A stretch of 64,000 nucleotides of DNA, taken from contig CAXBNX010000010.1 in the NCBI GenBank assembly GCA_963977275.1, positions 58,962 to 122,961 on the forward strand, in the 5' to 3' direction. Below are positions 46,112-55,170 of this stretch, piece after piece (position 1 is the first letter of the stretch; each line of letters begins with the position of its first letter). The position numbers were made by a program, and so were the translations under genes. The notes under the pieces are model-generated. The model did no database searches, was not told the origin of the DNA, and saw nothing but the letters and a program-made list of their open reading frames with translations. Source of the stretch: an uncultured Haliea sp. (GTDB taxonomy: Bacteria; Pseudomonadota; Gammaproteobacteria; Pseudomonadales; Halieaceae).

Positions 46112-46180
46112 TGATACTTTTCCCGTATCAGCTAACTGACACAAAGGTATTGGACGTTATCACCGGGCTACGAGTACAAA
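46112..46180 (+). promoter_or_regulatory. LysR-type box plus -35/-10 promoter module (copy 2)
   Basis: TGATAC-N7-GTATCAG-N11-AAAGGTATTGGAC-N17-AGTACAAA, with boxes and spacing identical to 41503-41571 while the spacer sequences differ. Confidence 0.6.
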
Positions 46181-46220
46181 TAGCGTATTGGGTTTGGGTA
46201 GCTTTTATTAACCCTTATTC

Positions 46221-46324
46221 TTTATCGATATTAATATTAAATTATATATAAACTAAAAATATCGATAAAAACTTGTGAATCACGTATGCATACACTATCG
46301 TTGAAATGTCGAAATATCGATAAA
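46221..46324. promoter_or_regulatory. Array of three AATATCGATAAA boxes between the promoter and the second catechol dioxygenase gene
   Basis: The three 12-mers are identical: 46223-46234 (inverted orientation), 46258-46269 and 46313-46324. The middle copy shares 16 nt with the box upstream of the GntR gene. Confidence 0.55.
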
Positions 46325-46376
46325 CCATAATTTAATAAATCCGGCCACCCGGAGACATCGGTAGGAGTAGATAGCA

Positions 46377-47303
46377 ATGAGAAAAGGTGTAATGCGTCCA
46401 GGGCACGTCCAGATTCGGGTGTTGGACCTGGATGAAGCGATCGTGCACTACAGGGACCGGCTGGGGTTGATAGAAGTTAATCGCGATAGCCAGAACCGGG
46501 CGTATTTCAAGGGCTGGACCGAAATTGATTCGTTCTCGGTCGTACTGCGAGAAGCCGACGAGCCGGGAATGGACTTTATGGGCTTCAAAGTTACCTCGGT
46601 GGATACCCTGGAGCAACGCAAGCAGGATCTGATTGCCTACGGCTGTGAAGTTGAAACTATCCCTGCGGGAGAGTTGGAGGGCTGTGGCGAGCGGGTGCGT
46701 TTCGCCTTGCCGACCGGTCATTACTTCGAGCTTTACGCAGAAAAAGACCAACCCGGTAAATGGGGTATCCATGAGAAGAATCCGGAGGCCTGGCCGGAGG
46801 GGCTAAAGGGCATGAGGGCCACACGCTTCGATCATTGCCTGCTGTACGGTGACGACATCGATGGCACTGCCGACCTGCTGGAAAAAGTGCTGGGCTTCCA
46901 GATGTCTGAGCAGGTCGTAGACAAGGACAGCGGTTCACTAGAGGCGGCCTTTATGAGTCTCTCTATGAAGGCCCACGATGTGGCTTTTGTGCGGTACCCC
47001 GAAAAAGGTAAGTTTCACCACGCCTCGTTTTTCCTTGAAAGCTGGCAGGACGTGTTGCGTGCGGCGGATCTCATTTCCATGCACGATATGCCACTGGACC
47101 TCGGGCCTACCCGTCACGGCCTCACCCACGGCCAGACCATCTATTTCTTTGACCCCTCTGGTAACCGCACGGAAGTTTTCTGTGGCGGCGATTACACCTA
47201 CCCGGACCATCCGGTGGTGACCTGGGATGCCGACATGATCGGCAAAGCTATTTTCTACCATGATCGCGTACTCAACGAGAATTTCATGGGTGTAGTGACC
47301 TGA
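46377..47303 (+). CDS. dmpB: Catechol 2,3-dioxygenase, XylE-like
   Basis: [17 protein letters not shown]...[16 protein letters not shown]...AHDVAF...[25 protein letters not shown] closely resembles XylE as I remember it. TAGGAG RBS is present. Confidence 0.95.
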   Translation: MRKGVMRPGHVQIRVLDLDEAIVHYRDRLGLIEVNRDSQNRAYFKGWTEIDSFSVVLREADEPGMDFMGFKVTSVDTLEQRKQDLIAYGCEVETIPAGELEGCGERVRFALPTGHYFELYAEKDQPGKWGIHEKNPEAWPEGLKGMRATRFDHCLLYGDDIDGTADLLEKVLGFQMSEQVVDKDSGSLEAAFMSLSMKAHDVAFVRYPEKGKFHHASFFLESWQDVLRAADLISMHDMPLDLGPTRHGLTHGQTIYFFDPSGNRTEVFCGGDYTYPDHPVVTWDADMIGKAIFYHDRVLNENFMGVVT

Positions 47304-47337
47304 TATTTTTCCGACTCAACAAACAGAAGAAGTGCCA

Positions 47338-48798
47338 ATGAAAGAAGTAAAAAACTTTATTAACGGTGAGTACTGCAACTCCTCAAGCGGCAGTACCTTC
47401 GACAATATAGACCCGTGTACGGGCGCGTTGATTGGCACGGTGCACGAGGCAGCCCAAGAGGATGTGAACGCGGCAGTTCAAGCGGCTCGCGATGCGCTCA
47501 AGGGGCCCTGGGGCAGCATGAGCGATGAGGAACGTGGCGCTCTGCTGCATGCGGTTGCCGACGGCATTGATCGTCGCTTTGACGAGTTCCTCGCTGCCGA
47601 GTGTGCCGATACTGGCAAGCCCTACAATATTGCCAGTCATATTGATATTCCACGTGGCGCGGCAAACTTCCGGGTTTTCGCCGACGCTGTAAAGAATTTT
47701 GCGACCGAAGCCTTTCAGATGCCCACTCCGGACGGTAACGGTGCATTCAATATTGCGCTGCGCAAGCCCAAGGGCGTGATCGCGGTGGTTAGCCCCTGGA
47801 ATCTCCCCCTGCTGCTGATGACCTGGAAAGTTGGGCCAGCCCTCGCCTGTGGCAACACCGTGGTGGTGAAGCCTTCTGAAGAAACACCCACGACCACGTC
47901 CCTGCTGGGAGAGGTGATGAATGAGGTGGGTGTGCCACCTGGTGTGTTCAATGTGGTGAATGGCTTCGGGCCGAACTCTGCAGGCGCATTTCTAACCGAG
48001 CACCCTGGGGTCGATGCAATTACGTTTACAGGGGAAACTCGTACAGGTGAAATTATTACGCAGGCTGCGGCAAAGGGTCTGCGCGATGTTTCCATGGAAT
48101 GCGGCGGGAAAAACCCGGCATTGGTTTTTGCAGATTGCGACATGGATAAGGCGATAGAAGGCACTCTGCGTTCAGTTTTTTCCAACTGCGGGCAGGTGTG
48201 TCTGGGTACCGAGCGGGTCTATGTGGAACGGCCGATTTTTGAAGAGTTCGTTTCCCGCCTCGCCACTGAGGCGGCGAATTTTACCCTGGGGCTACCGGAA
48301 GACAAGGCGACTGATATGGGTCCGCTGGTTTCTGCAGAGCACCAGCGAAAAGTGCTTTCCTATTATGAGTTGGCCGTAGCGGAAGGCGCCACAGTGGTAT
48401 TGGGTGGCGGCATTCCCAAAATGCCGGCTGAACTGGCAGGCGGAGCCTGGGTGCAGCCCACAATTTGGACAGGGTTGAAAGACGACGCCCGTGTGATCAA
48501 TGAGGAGATCTTTGGTCCCTGTTGTCATATTCGTCCCTTTGACACCGAGGACGAGGTGATCGCCCTGGCCAATGATACGCCCTACGGTCTCGCGGCCACG
48601 CTCTGGACTGAGAACATGTCGCGCGCGCTGCGTGTTGCCCCGCAAATCGAGTGCGGAATTTGCTGGGTTAATAGTTGGTTCCTGCGCGACTTGCGCACGG
48701 CATTCGGCGGTGCCAAGGAGTCGGGTATGGGCCGTGAAGGCGGTGAGCACTCGCTGGAGTTTTATACAGAATTGCAGAACGTCTGCATCAAAATCTGA
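47338..48798 (+). CDS. dmpC: 2-hydroxymuconic semialdehyde dehydrogenase (NAD+ aldehyde dehydrogenase family)
   Basis: 486 aa. Has the ALDH motifs ECGGKNP (Glu) and FSNCGQVCLGTER (Cys), and sits directly after the dioxygenase gene. Confidence 0.9.
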   Translation: MKEVKNFINGEYCNSSSGSTFDNIDPCTGALIGTVHEAAQEDVNAAVQAARDALKGPWGSMSDEERGALLHAVADGIDRRFDEFLAAECADTGKPYNIASHIDIPRGAANFRVFADAVKNFATEAFQMPTPDGNGAFNIALRKPKGVIAVVSPWNLPLLLMTWKVGPALACGNTVVVKPSEETPTTTSLLGEVMNEVGVPPGVFNVVNGFGPNSAGAFLTEHPGVDAITFTGETRTGEIITQAAAKGLRDVSMECGGKNPALVFADCDMDKAIEGTLRSVFSNCGQVCLGTERVYVERPIFEEFVSRLATEAANFTLGLPEDKATDMGPLVSAEHQRKVLSYYELAVAEGATVVLGGGIPKMPAELAGGAWVQPTIWTGLKDDARVINEEIFGPCCHIRPFDTEDEVIALANDTPYGLAATLWTENMSRALRVAPQIECGICWVNSWFLRDLRTAFGGAKESGMGREGGEHSLEFYTELQNVCIKI

Positions 48799-48817
48799 AT
48801 CAGAGGTAAGAAAGATC

Positions 48818-49609
48818 ATGAGCACACTTTCACCCGAAGTCACAGCCCAGCTGGCTGAGCACCTGGAGAACGCAGAGCTGCAGGCTTACGACGTCACCAA
48901 AATTACCGACGATTATCCCGACATGGATTACGAGGATGCTTTTAATATCCAGTGGGAAATTCGGCGCCGGAAAGTCGCTCGAGGCCACAAGATTGTCGGC
49001 ATGAAAATGGGCCTGACATCCTGGGCAAAAATGGCGCAGATGGGCGTGGAACAACCCTGCTATGGTTTTTTGGCTGATTATTTCAGCTGCCCGAATGGGG
49101 CTGCAATTGATACTTCGAAATTGATTCACCCCAAAGTAGAAGCTGAAATAGCCTTCGTTACCAAGGCTCCGCTGAAAGGCCCCGGGATTCACGTAGGTGA
49201 TGTATATGCGGCGACTGACTTTGTGCTTCCGGCAGTGGAAATCATCGACTCCCGCTATCGCGATTTCAAGTTCGACATCAAGAGTGTCATCGCCGACAAC
49301 AGCTCCTCGTCGCGTTTTGTAACCGGTGGCCGCTGCTTGCCAGTCGATCATATGGATCTGAGCACGGCGGGCGTTGTGATGGAGAAGAACGGTGAAATCG
49401 TGGAGTTGAGTACCGGGGCGGCAGTGCTGGGAAATCCGGCGGAAAGCGTCGCTATGCTGGCCAATATGCTCGGCGAACGCGGCGAGGAGATCCCTGCGGG
49501 TACGTTCATCATGACCGGGGGCGTAACGGCTGCAGTGGCCGTGGCGGCTGGTGATTCTATCACCGTGCGTTACCACGACATGGGATCTATCAACATGAGG
49601 TTTGTCTAG
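48818..49609 (+). CDS. dmpH: 4-oxalocrotonate decarboxylase (DmpH/XylI-like; 2-keto-4-pentenoate hydratase superfamily)
   Basis: 263 aa. KIVGMKMGLTSWAKMAQMGVEQPCYGFLADYF...VIADNSSSSRFVTGG resembles DmpH rather than DmpE as I remember them. Confidence 0.75.
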   Translation: MSTLSPEVTAQLAEHLENAELQAYDVTKITDDYPDMDYEDAFNIQWEIRRRKVARGHKIVGMKMGLTSWAKMAQMGVEQPCYGFLADYFSCPNGAAIDTSKLIHPKVEAEIAFVTKAPLKGPGIHVGDVYAATDFVLPAVEIIDSRYRDFKFDIKSVIADNSSSSRFVTGGRCLPVDHMDLSTAGVVMEKNGEIVELSTGAAVLGNPAESVAMLANMLGERGEEIPAGTFIMTGGVTAAVAVAAGDSITVRYHDMGSINMRFV

Positions 49610-49645
49610 CCGGCTTACAGCGCCGACCGGCAAGTGGGAACCGAG

Positions 49646-50650
49646 ATGAAAAATACGATAATGAACCTGCTCAACAGTAAATTGCACTTTTCAGTAAGCG
49701 CTTGGATAGGCCGCCTCGGATTGCTTCTGTTGCCGCTGGTGCTGGCGGGATGTGAGGCGCCACTTAATCTCGATCAGGTAGTGGCTGAAGGAGCCAAGAC
49801 AGTGCGGCGCTACGACATGTTTCAGGCTGTCGCTGAGGCCGGTAATCGTGTGGTCGTGGTAAGTTCCGTGGGTGCAGCCCTGGTGTCTGATGATAAAGGT
49901 GTCAACTGGGAGCGCTACGAATTGTCCGGACGGCCTTCGCTCATCGATGTGACAGCCTGCGACAACGGCGACTTCTTTGCGCTGGATAGCCAGCATCGCG
50001 TTTGGCAGCTTCCCGCTGCAGGCAGCCAGTGGGTTTCCTCTACTATCGATACACTCGAGAATACGCTTGCTATCGAGTGCGCGCCGGGGAATCGTCTTTG
50101 GGTATCCGCTAGTTTTAGTACGCTTTATTCACGTGATCTGCAGTCTCAGGAGTGGCAGGAGTTCAGCCTGAGTGAAGACCTGCAATTTACCTCTGTCAAA
50201 TTTGTAGACGAGCTCAATGGCTATGCAGTAGGGGAGTTCGGCACTGTCTTGTCTACCACAGACGGTGGTGAGAACTGGTCAGCAATGGAGTCCTTACCCA
50301 ATGAATTTTATCCGATGGCGGCGGATTTTCTCGATGCCACCACGGGTTGGATAGGCGGCCTTGATGGCGTGATATGGCAAACCGAAGACGGCGGCATGAG
50401 CTGGCAACGCCAGGAAACCCTGAACGCCTCGCCAATCTACAACATCCAGGCAGGTAGCCATGGCATCTACGCTTCCGGTGGCAGCGCCAAACTCGTTGAA
50501 TTCTCCCACGGTCGCTGGCAGAAAATGGCGGATGCGCCCGAGGTGCTCACGTATATCCGCGGTCTGGCAGTGCTGTCGGATGGGTCATTATTGGTTGCCG
50601 GGGGTGGCGGTACCCTCGCCGTTGTCCCGGCTGATCACACCGACTCTTGA
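49646..50650 (+). CDS. Ycf48/BNR-repeat beta-propeller lipoprotein
   Basis: Has the lipobox LVLAGC and Asp-box repeats DKGVNWE, DGGENWS and DGGMSWQ. ATG 49646 is preferred over GTG 49634. Confidence 0.75.
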   Translation: MKNTIMNLLNSKLHFSVSAWIGRLGLLLLPLVLAGCEAPLNLDQVVAEGAKTVRRYDMFQAVAEAGNRVVVVSSVGAALVSDDKGVNWERYELSGRPSLIDVTACDNGDFFALDSQHRVWQLPAAGSQWVSSTIDTLENTLAIECAPGNRLWVSASFSTLYSRDLQSQEWQEFSLSEDLQFTSVKFVDELNGYAVGEFGTVLSTTDGGENWSAMESLPNEFYPMAADFLDATTGWIGGLDGVIWQTEDGGMSWQRQETLNASPIYNIQAGSHGIYASGGSAKLVEFSHGRWQKMADAPEVLTYIRGLAVLSDGSLLVAGGGGTLAVVPADHTDS

Positions 50651-50676
50651 TAATTTAACAATACAGGTAAGCGATA

Positions 50677-53049
50677 GTGAAAAAGGAAGGTTTGGTAAGT
50701 GCTTTTTTTGGCAAATTGGAGCGGGTTGTCTTCTATCATCCGAAGACATTTCTCGCTGTAATTTTGCTGATAACCGCATTTTTTGCCAGCCGTATCCCCT
50801 ATCTGCAAATGTATTCCAACTTTGGCGACCTGCTACCGCAGGAACACCCCTACATCCAGCTTCACAATGATGTGAAGGACACCTTTGGTGGCGCCAATAA
50901 CGTGGTTCTGTCGGTGTCGGTGAGTGAGGGTGATATTTTCAACACAGATACCCTCGCTCGCATTCACCGATTGACCCAGGGAGTGGACTCCTTACCGGGG
51001 GTGAACCACAACCTTGTACGCAGCTTGACTCATCGCACGGTGCGTAAGACATGGATGACTGAGTTGGGGAATATGAATTCCTAGGCATATTACGATCCTC
51101 TGCATCCCGATCTTTCAGACGAGCAGTTAGCTCAGCTTAAGCTGGATGTTATGGCCAATCCGACCGTCTATGGCCTGCTGGTTTCTCCCGACCTGAAGTC
51201 CGCGATGATAAAAGCGACTTTTGTCGAGGGGCAGCTAGATTACGCGGCGATCTTTCGGCAGCTGGGGGACCTTAAGAATACGGTGCAGGAGCTGAGAGCG
51301 TCCGAGTCTGCGCCCGGGATACAAATTTACGCCACAGGCCAGCCTGTGCTGATGGGCTGGGTGTACAGCTACCTGGGCCAGATATTCCAGATATTCTTTC
51401 TAACCCTGGCTATTTTGCTGGCGCTTCTGCTTGCCTATTTTCGCACCCGGGGCTACGGCATTGTCCTTCCGATGGTGGGAGTATTGGTTTCCGCCACCTG
51501 GGGCCTGGGTATTGTTTCGCTGCTCGGTTACAACCTCGATCCGCTCACCCTGGTTATCCCTTTCCTGATTTCTGCCCGGGCGATGTCGCATGGCATCCAG
51601 TTGGTAGAGCGATACTATATGGAGATCCCGAACGCCAAGGATAATCACGATGCGGCGCGCCGAACGTTTGAGTCGCTGTTCCGCCCTGGCACCCTGGGTA
51701 TTGTCTCGGACGCCATTGGCCTGCTGCTGATATCACTCGGGTCTTCACCTATTAATGTAAAACTGGGTATATACGCATCTATCTGGGCAGGCAGTGTTGT
51801 TATCACGGTGCTGATGACCGTGCCACTTATTCTTTCCATGCTGCCCTTGAGTCAACTCAGCGAAAAGCAGATGAAGCAGGGCGGCGGCGTATTCGATATG
51901 ACGGCGAAATTTGTCTCTGGCCGTAGCGGTTCACTGGCGATACTGATTTTCGCCCTGCTCGTTTATATCGGCGGCGGCCTGCTGAGTTCTAAGGTTCAGG
52001 TGGGTGAGTCGGAGCCCGGCTCTCCCATTCTCTACCCCGATCACGATTACAACGTGTCCTCAAAGAGCATCAATCTGAATTTCCCCGGTTCAGAAGAGAT
52101 GTATGTGGTGGCCACAACCAGTGAGCCAGGTGGTATCAAGCGGCCAGAAGTCTTGCACGCGTTGCAGGATTTCCAGATACATATGCTGCAGGACCCCGAT
52201 ATGGGAGGCAGCAAGGGTATTCCGGATCTGGTAAAGCAGGTAAACCAGATTCTTCACAACGATGATCCACGCTGGGCGGTTATCCCCGATGAGGCGAGTT
52301 ATGTTGGCGGCCTGATGTTTGCTTTTATGGCTTCAAGCCCCATCCCGGGCGCTCTCAAGGAATTTATCGACACAGACGAACAGTCGGCCAATCTGGTGTT
52401 TTTCTACAAGGATCATCAGGGTGAGACGCTGCGTCGAGCCATCTATATGGCAAAGCAGTGGATAGATGATCCTGCGAATCAGGTAGAGGGTCTGGAGTTG
52501 CGCCTCGCAGGGGGGCCTATAGGGGTCACCGCGGCAATTAATGAATCAGCCTTTCAAAGCAACATAGTCATTATCCCGGCAGCCATGGTACTTATCTTTT
52601 TGTTTGTCACAGTGTTCTATTCCTCGCTGCACGCGGGCTGGCTGATGTTGCTTGTTATGACGTTTTGCACGGTTGCCACTTACGCTTATATGGGAGTCGT
52701 GGGTATCGGTATCGACGTGAACACCGTTCCAATTATTGCCGTTGGCATCGGTGTGGGAATTGATTATTCCATTTATATGATGGATCGCATCAAAGAGGTC
52801 ACTTCAAGCTCTGGTGGTGACCTTCAGCTAGGTATTCGTACCGCCATCGCGACTACAGGAAAGGCTATAGGTTTTACTGCTACTGCGCTGATTGGCGGGA
52901 TTGTGATGTGGGCCTTCGTCTCCGATCTCCGATTCCAGGCGGATGCTGCGCTGCTGTTGGTTGTAATGCTGATACTGAATGCCTGGGCGGCGGTCAACCT
53001 GGTGCCGGCCTGGGTTGTGAGGTTCAAACCGAAGTTTATTGTGAGCTGA
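50677..53049 (+). pseudogene. RND/MMPL-type inner-membrane permease interrupted by one in-frame TAG (51082-51084)
   Basis: The track ORFs 50677-51084 and 51151-53049 share one frame, with only a single stop between them. Together they give about 790 codons and two 6-TM bundles. Confidence 0.75.
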
Positions 53050-53169
53050 ATATGCAGTGAAAGACCTATGTCGCCAGGCGATAGTGCCTGGAGTAGGCGG
53101 CCCGATTTGAGAGTAATTTTAATAAAAAGTAGTTTGGATTGTTGTAAGTAACCCAAGAGGGGAAAACCC

Positions 53170-55143
53170 ATGATAAAGATAAGTAGAACATTAAGTGTAA
53201 TGGGAGCGGCGACATTACTTGCCGGCTTTTACCCACTCATTGCTTCCGCCCAGGATGACGAATGGGATACTGCAGGTTTTGTGGAGAATGCGAGCTATTA
53301 CCGCGACGGACCGGGTTTGTCCAAATTCCGCAATACCGGCCAGTTCGAGTTCAGCAAAGATTTTGGCGATAACTTTGGTCTGACTAATTTTCGCGTCTCT
53401 GGTACTTTGCGTGCGACTTATGAAGGTGTGTATGACCTCAACGACGGCCAGTATGGCGACGACGCCGGGGGTTCGCGCAAATTCCAGAACTTCAACAGTA
53501 CCAACGCTGAGATAATTTATGGGGGCAACGGAGATTCGCCCTGGGGACAATCGATTCTCGGAGCCGGCGTCGGCCCAGGATTTGGCTTTGATTTGGCGAC
53601 AAATCCAAACCATGGCCTGCACGTGCTCGGTGAAGATTTCCACAGCCCGGATGGTGGTGTCACCATTGGTGTGCCGGTACAGCCCTGTGACAAGGATAAT
53701 CGCGGCTGTGGATTGAAAGATATATACATGAACAACAGCCTCAATGATCTGCGTTTTCCGGAGTTTAACGATAACCACGACTATATCCGCGAGCTGTACG
53801 TTGAAGGCAGTATTCCATTTGGAAGTAGGTCTGAACTGTTCCTGAGGGTCGGCAAGCAGCAAGTGGTTTGGGGTCGTACCGATCTGTTCCGCGTGCTGGA
53901 TATCATCAACCCGGTGGATTACTCGCGTCAGAATATCTATGACGAGTTGGAGGATATCCGCATTCCCGAGTGGATCGCCACCGCAGAGTATCGCATGGGC
54001 GCTACGGGTATCTTTGACGACCTCAACGTGCAACTGGTGTGGAACTTTGACAAGTTCAGTCCGAGCAATCTCGGGCAGGGTGGAATGCCCTACTCAATTC
54101 TGGATGCCAGCTCCTTCTTTCGTGGTATGAATAACTGCTGGGAAAATGGTTGTACCGTATCAAACTTTGTACCGGCCCAGGCACTAATTGCTGCAGGTGC
54201 ACCATTGCCAGACCCTGACGACCCCGGCCTGGTTGCAGCTGATTTCGGTCCGGGCGTTATCGGTATTCGCCAGGCCAATACGCCTGACTGGGAATTGGGG
54301 AATACCCAGGGAGGCATCAAACTGGAGGGTGTCTATAACTCCGTGGGCTTCTCTCTGAACTACTATCACTATTTCCAGCAGTTACCTTCATTGCATGGTG
54401 GTATAGAGGCGATGAACCCGTTTACCGGCGAAGTTGGAACATGGGATTATCTTATTGCCTTTGATATTGAGTATCCGGAAGTGGACTTGTTTGGTGGTTC
54501 GTTGGACTTTGATATCGATGCAATCTCAACAGTCTTTCGGGTTGAGGCGACTTATACAACCGGCGAAGAGTTCTCTAATACGCTGGACCCGAAATTGTAT
54601 TCCGAATCCGATATGTTCCGCTGGGTGCTGGGGGTAGACCGCAGTACGTTTATCCCGTTTCTTAACAAAACCCGCGCCTTCCTGATTTCTGCTCAGGTGT
54701 TCGGCGAGCACATGCTCGATCACGAACTGGAGAGGGGGCCGCTGGGCAACGTTGGTATCCCGAACTGGGAGGACAATTACACGGCGACATTGCTGATCAA
54801 AGGTTGGTACAAGTCCGACACCATCAGCCCGCAGATCATTACTGCCTGGGATCACCAGGCGAAGGCCGGTACATTCGCACCCTCGGTAGACTGGCTGGTC
54901 AATGACAACTGGCGCGTAATATTTGGGGCCAGCATCAAATTTGGTGATGGTATGGAGGACCAGAAGTTCGATGATTGTCGTACCTGTAACCCGTTCCCTC
55001 CATTCACTGCCTCGCCGGGCCAGACGCAGCCGGGGTCTCTGGGATTAGGTGGAATTGAGCCTCTGGGGCGCTTCCGTGCAGGGCCGCTGGCCAGTGCCAG
55101 TCAGGAAGACGAAATTCAGCTCACAGTACGCTACCGTTTCTAG
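53170..55143 (+). CDS. DUF1302-family outer-membrane beta-barrel protein
   Basis: Has a signal peptide (...LIASAQDD) and is rich in Gly, aromatic and Asp/Asn residues. The C-terminus ...LTVRYRF is typical of OM barrels. The family assignment is from memory. Confidence 0.65.
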   Translation: MIKISRTLSVMGAATLLAGFYPLIASAQDDEWDTAGFVENASYYRDGPGLSKFRNTGQFEFSKDFGDNFGLTNFRVSGTLRATYEGVYDLNDGQYGDDAGGSRKFQNFNSTNAEIIYGGNGDSPWGQSILGAGVGPGFGFDLATNPNHGLHVLGEDFHSPDGGVTIGVPVQPCDKDNRGCGLKDIYMNNSLNDLRFPEFNDNHDYIRELYVEGSIPFGSRSELFLRVGKQQVVWGRTDLFRVLDIINPVDYSRQNIYDELEDIRIPEWIATAEYRMGATGIFDDLNVQLVWNFDKFSPSNLGQGGMPYSILDASSFFRGMNNCWENGCTVSNFVPAQALIAAGAPLPDPDDPGLVAADFGPGVIGIRQANTPDWELGNTQGGIKLEGVYNSVGFSLNYYHYFQQLPSLHGGIEAMNPFTGEVGTWDYLIAFDIEYPEVDLFGGSLDFDIDAISTVFRVEATYTTGEEFSNTLDPKLYSESDMFRWVLGVDRSTFIPFLNKTRAFLISAQVFGEHMLDHELERGPLGNVGIPNWEDNYTATLLIKGWYKSDTISPQIITAWDHQAKAGTFAPSVDWLVNDNWRVIFGASIKFGDGMEDQKFDDCRTCNPFPPFTASPGQTQPGSLGLGGIEPLGRFRAGPLASASQEDEIQLTVRYRF

Positions 55144-55170
55144 TTTTTAGAATAATCAGGAGTACGAGAT

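Noticed and set aside
45902-46144. An 80-aa minus-strand ORF in the 500-nt region upstream of the second dioxygenase gene.
   Set aside because: It has no recognisable motif or RBS. It overlaps the conserved LysR-box promoter module, which explains the sequence better.
51074-51086. EcoRI (GAATTC) and AvrII (CCTAGG) sites overlapping the amber codon, which could hint at an engineered insertion.
   Set aside because: There is no vector-like or foreign sequence on either side. The reading frame and protein similarity continue seamlessly across the site. Two 6-bp sites overlapping by chance is not unusual.
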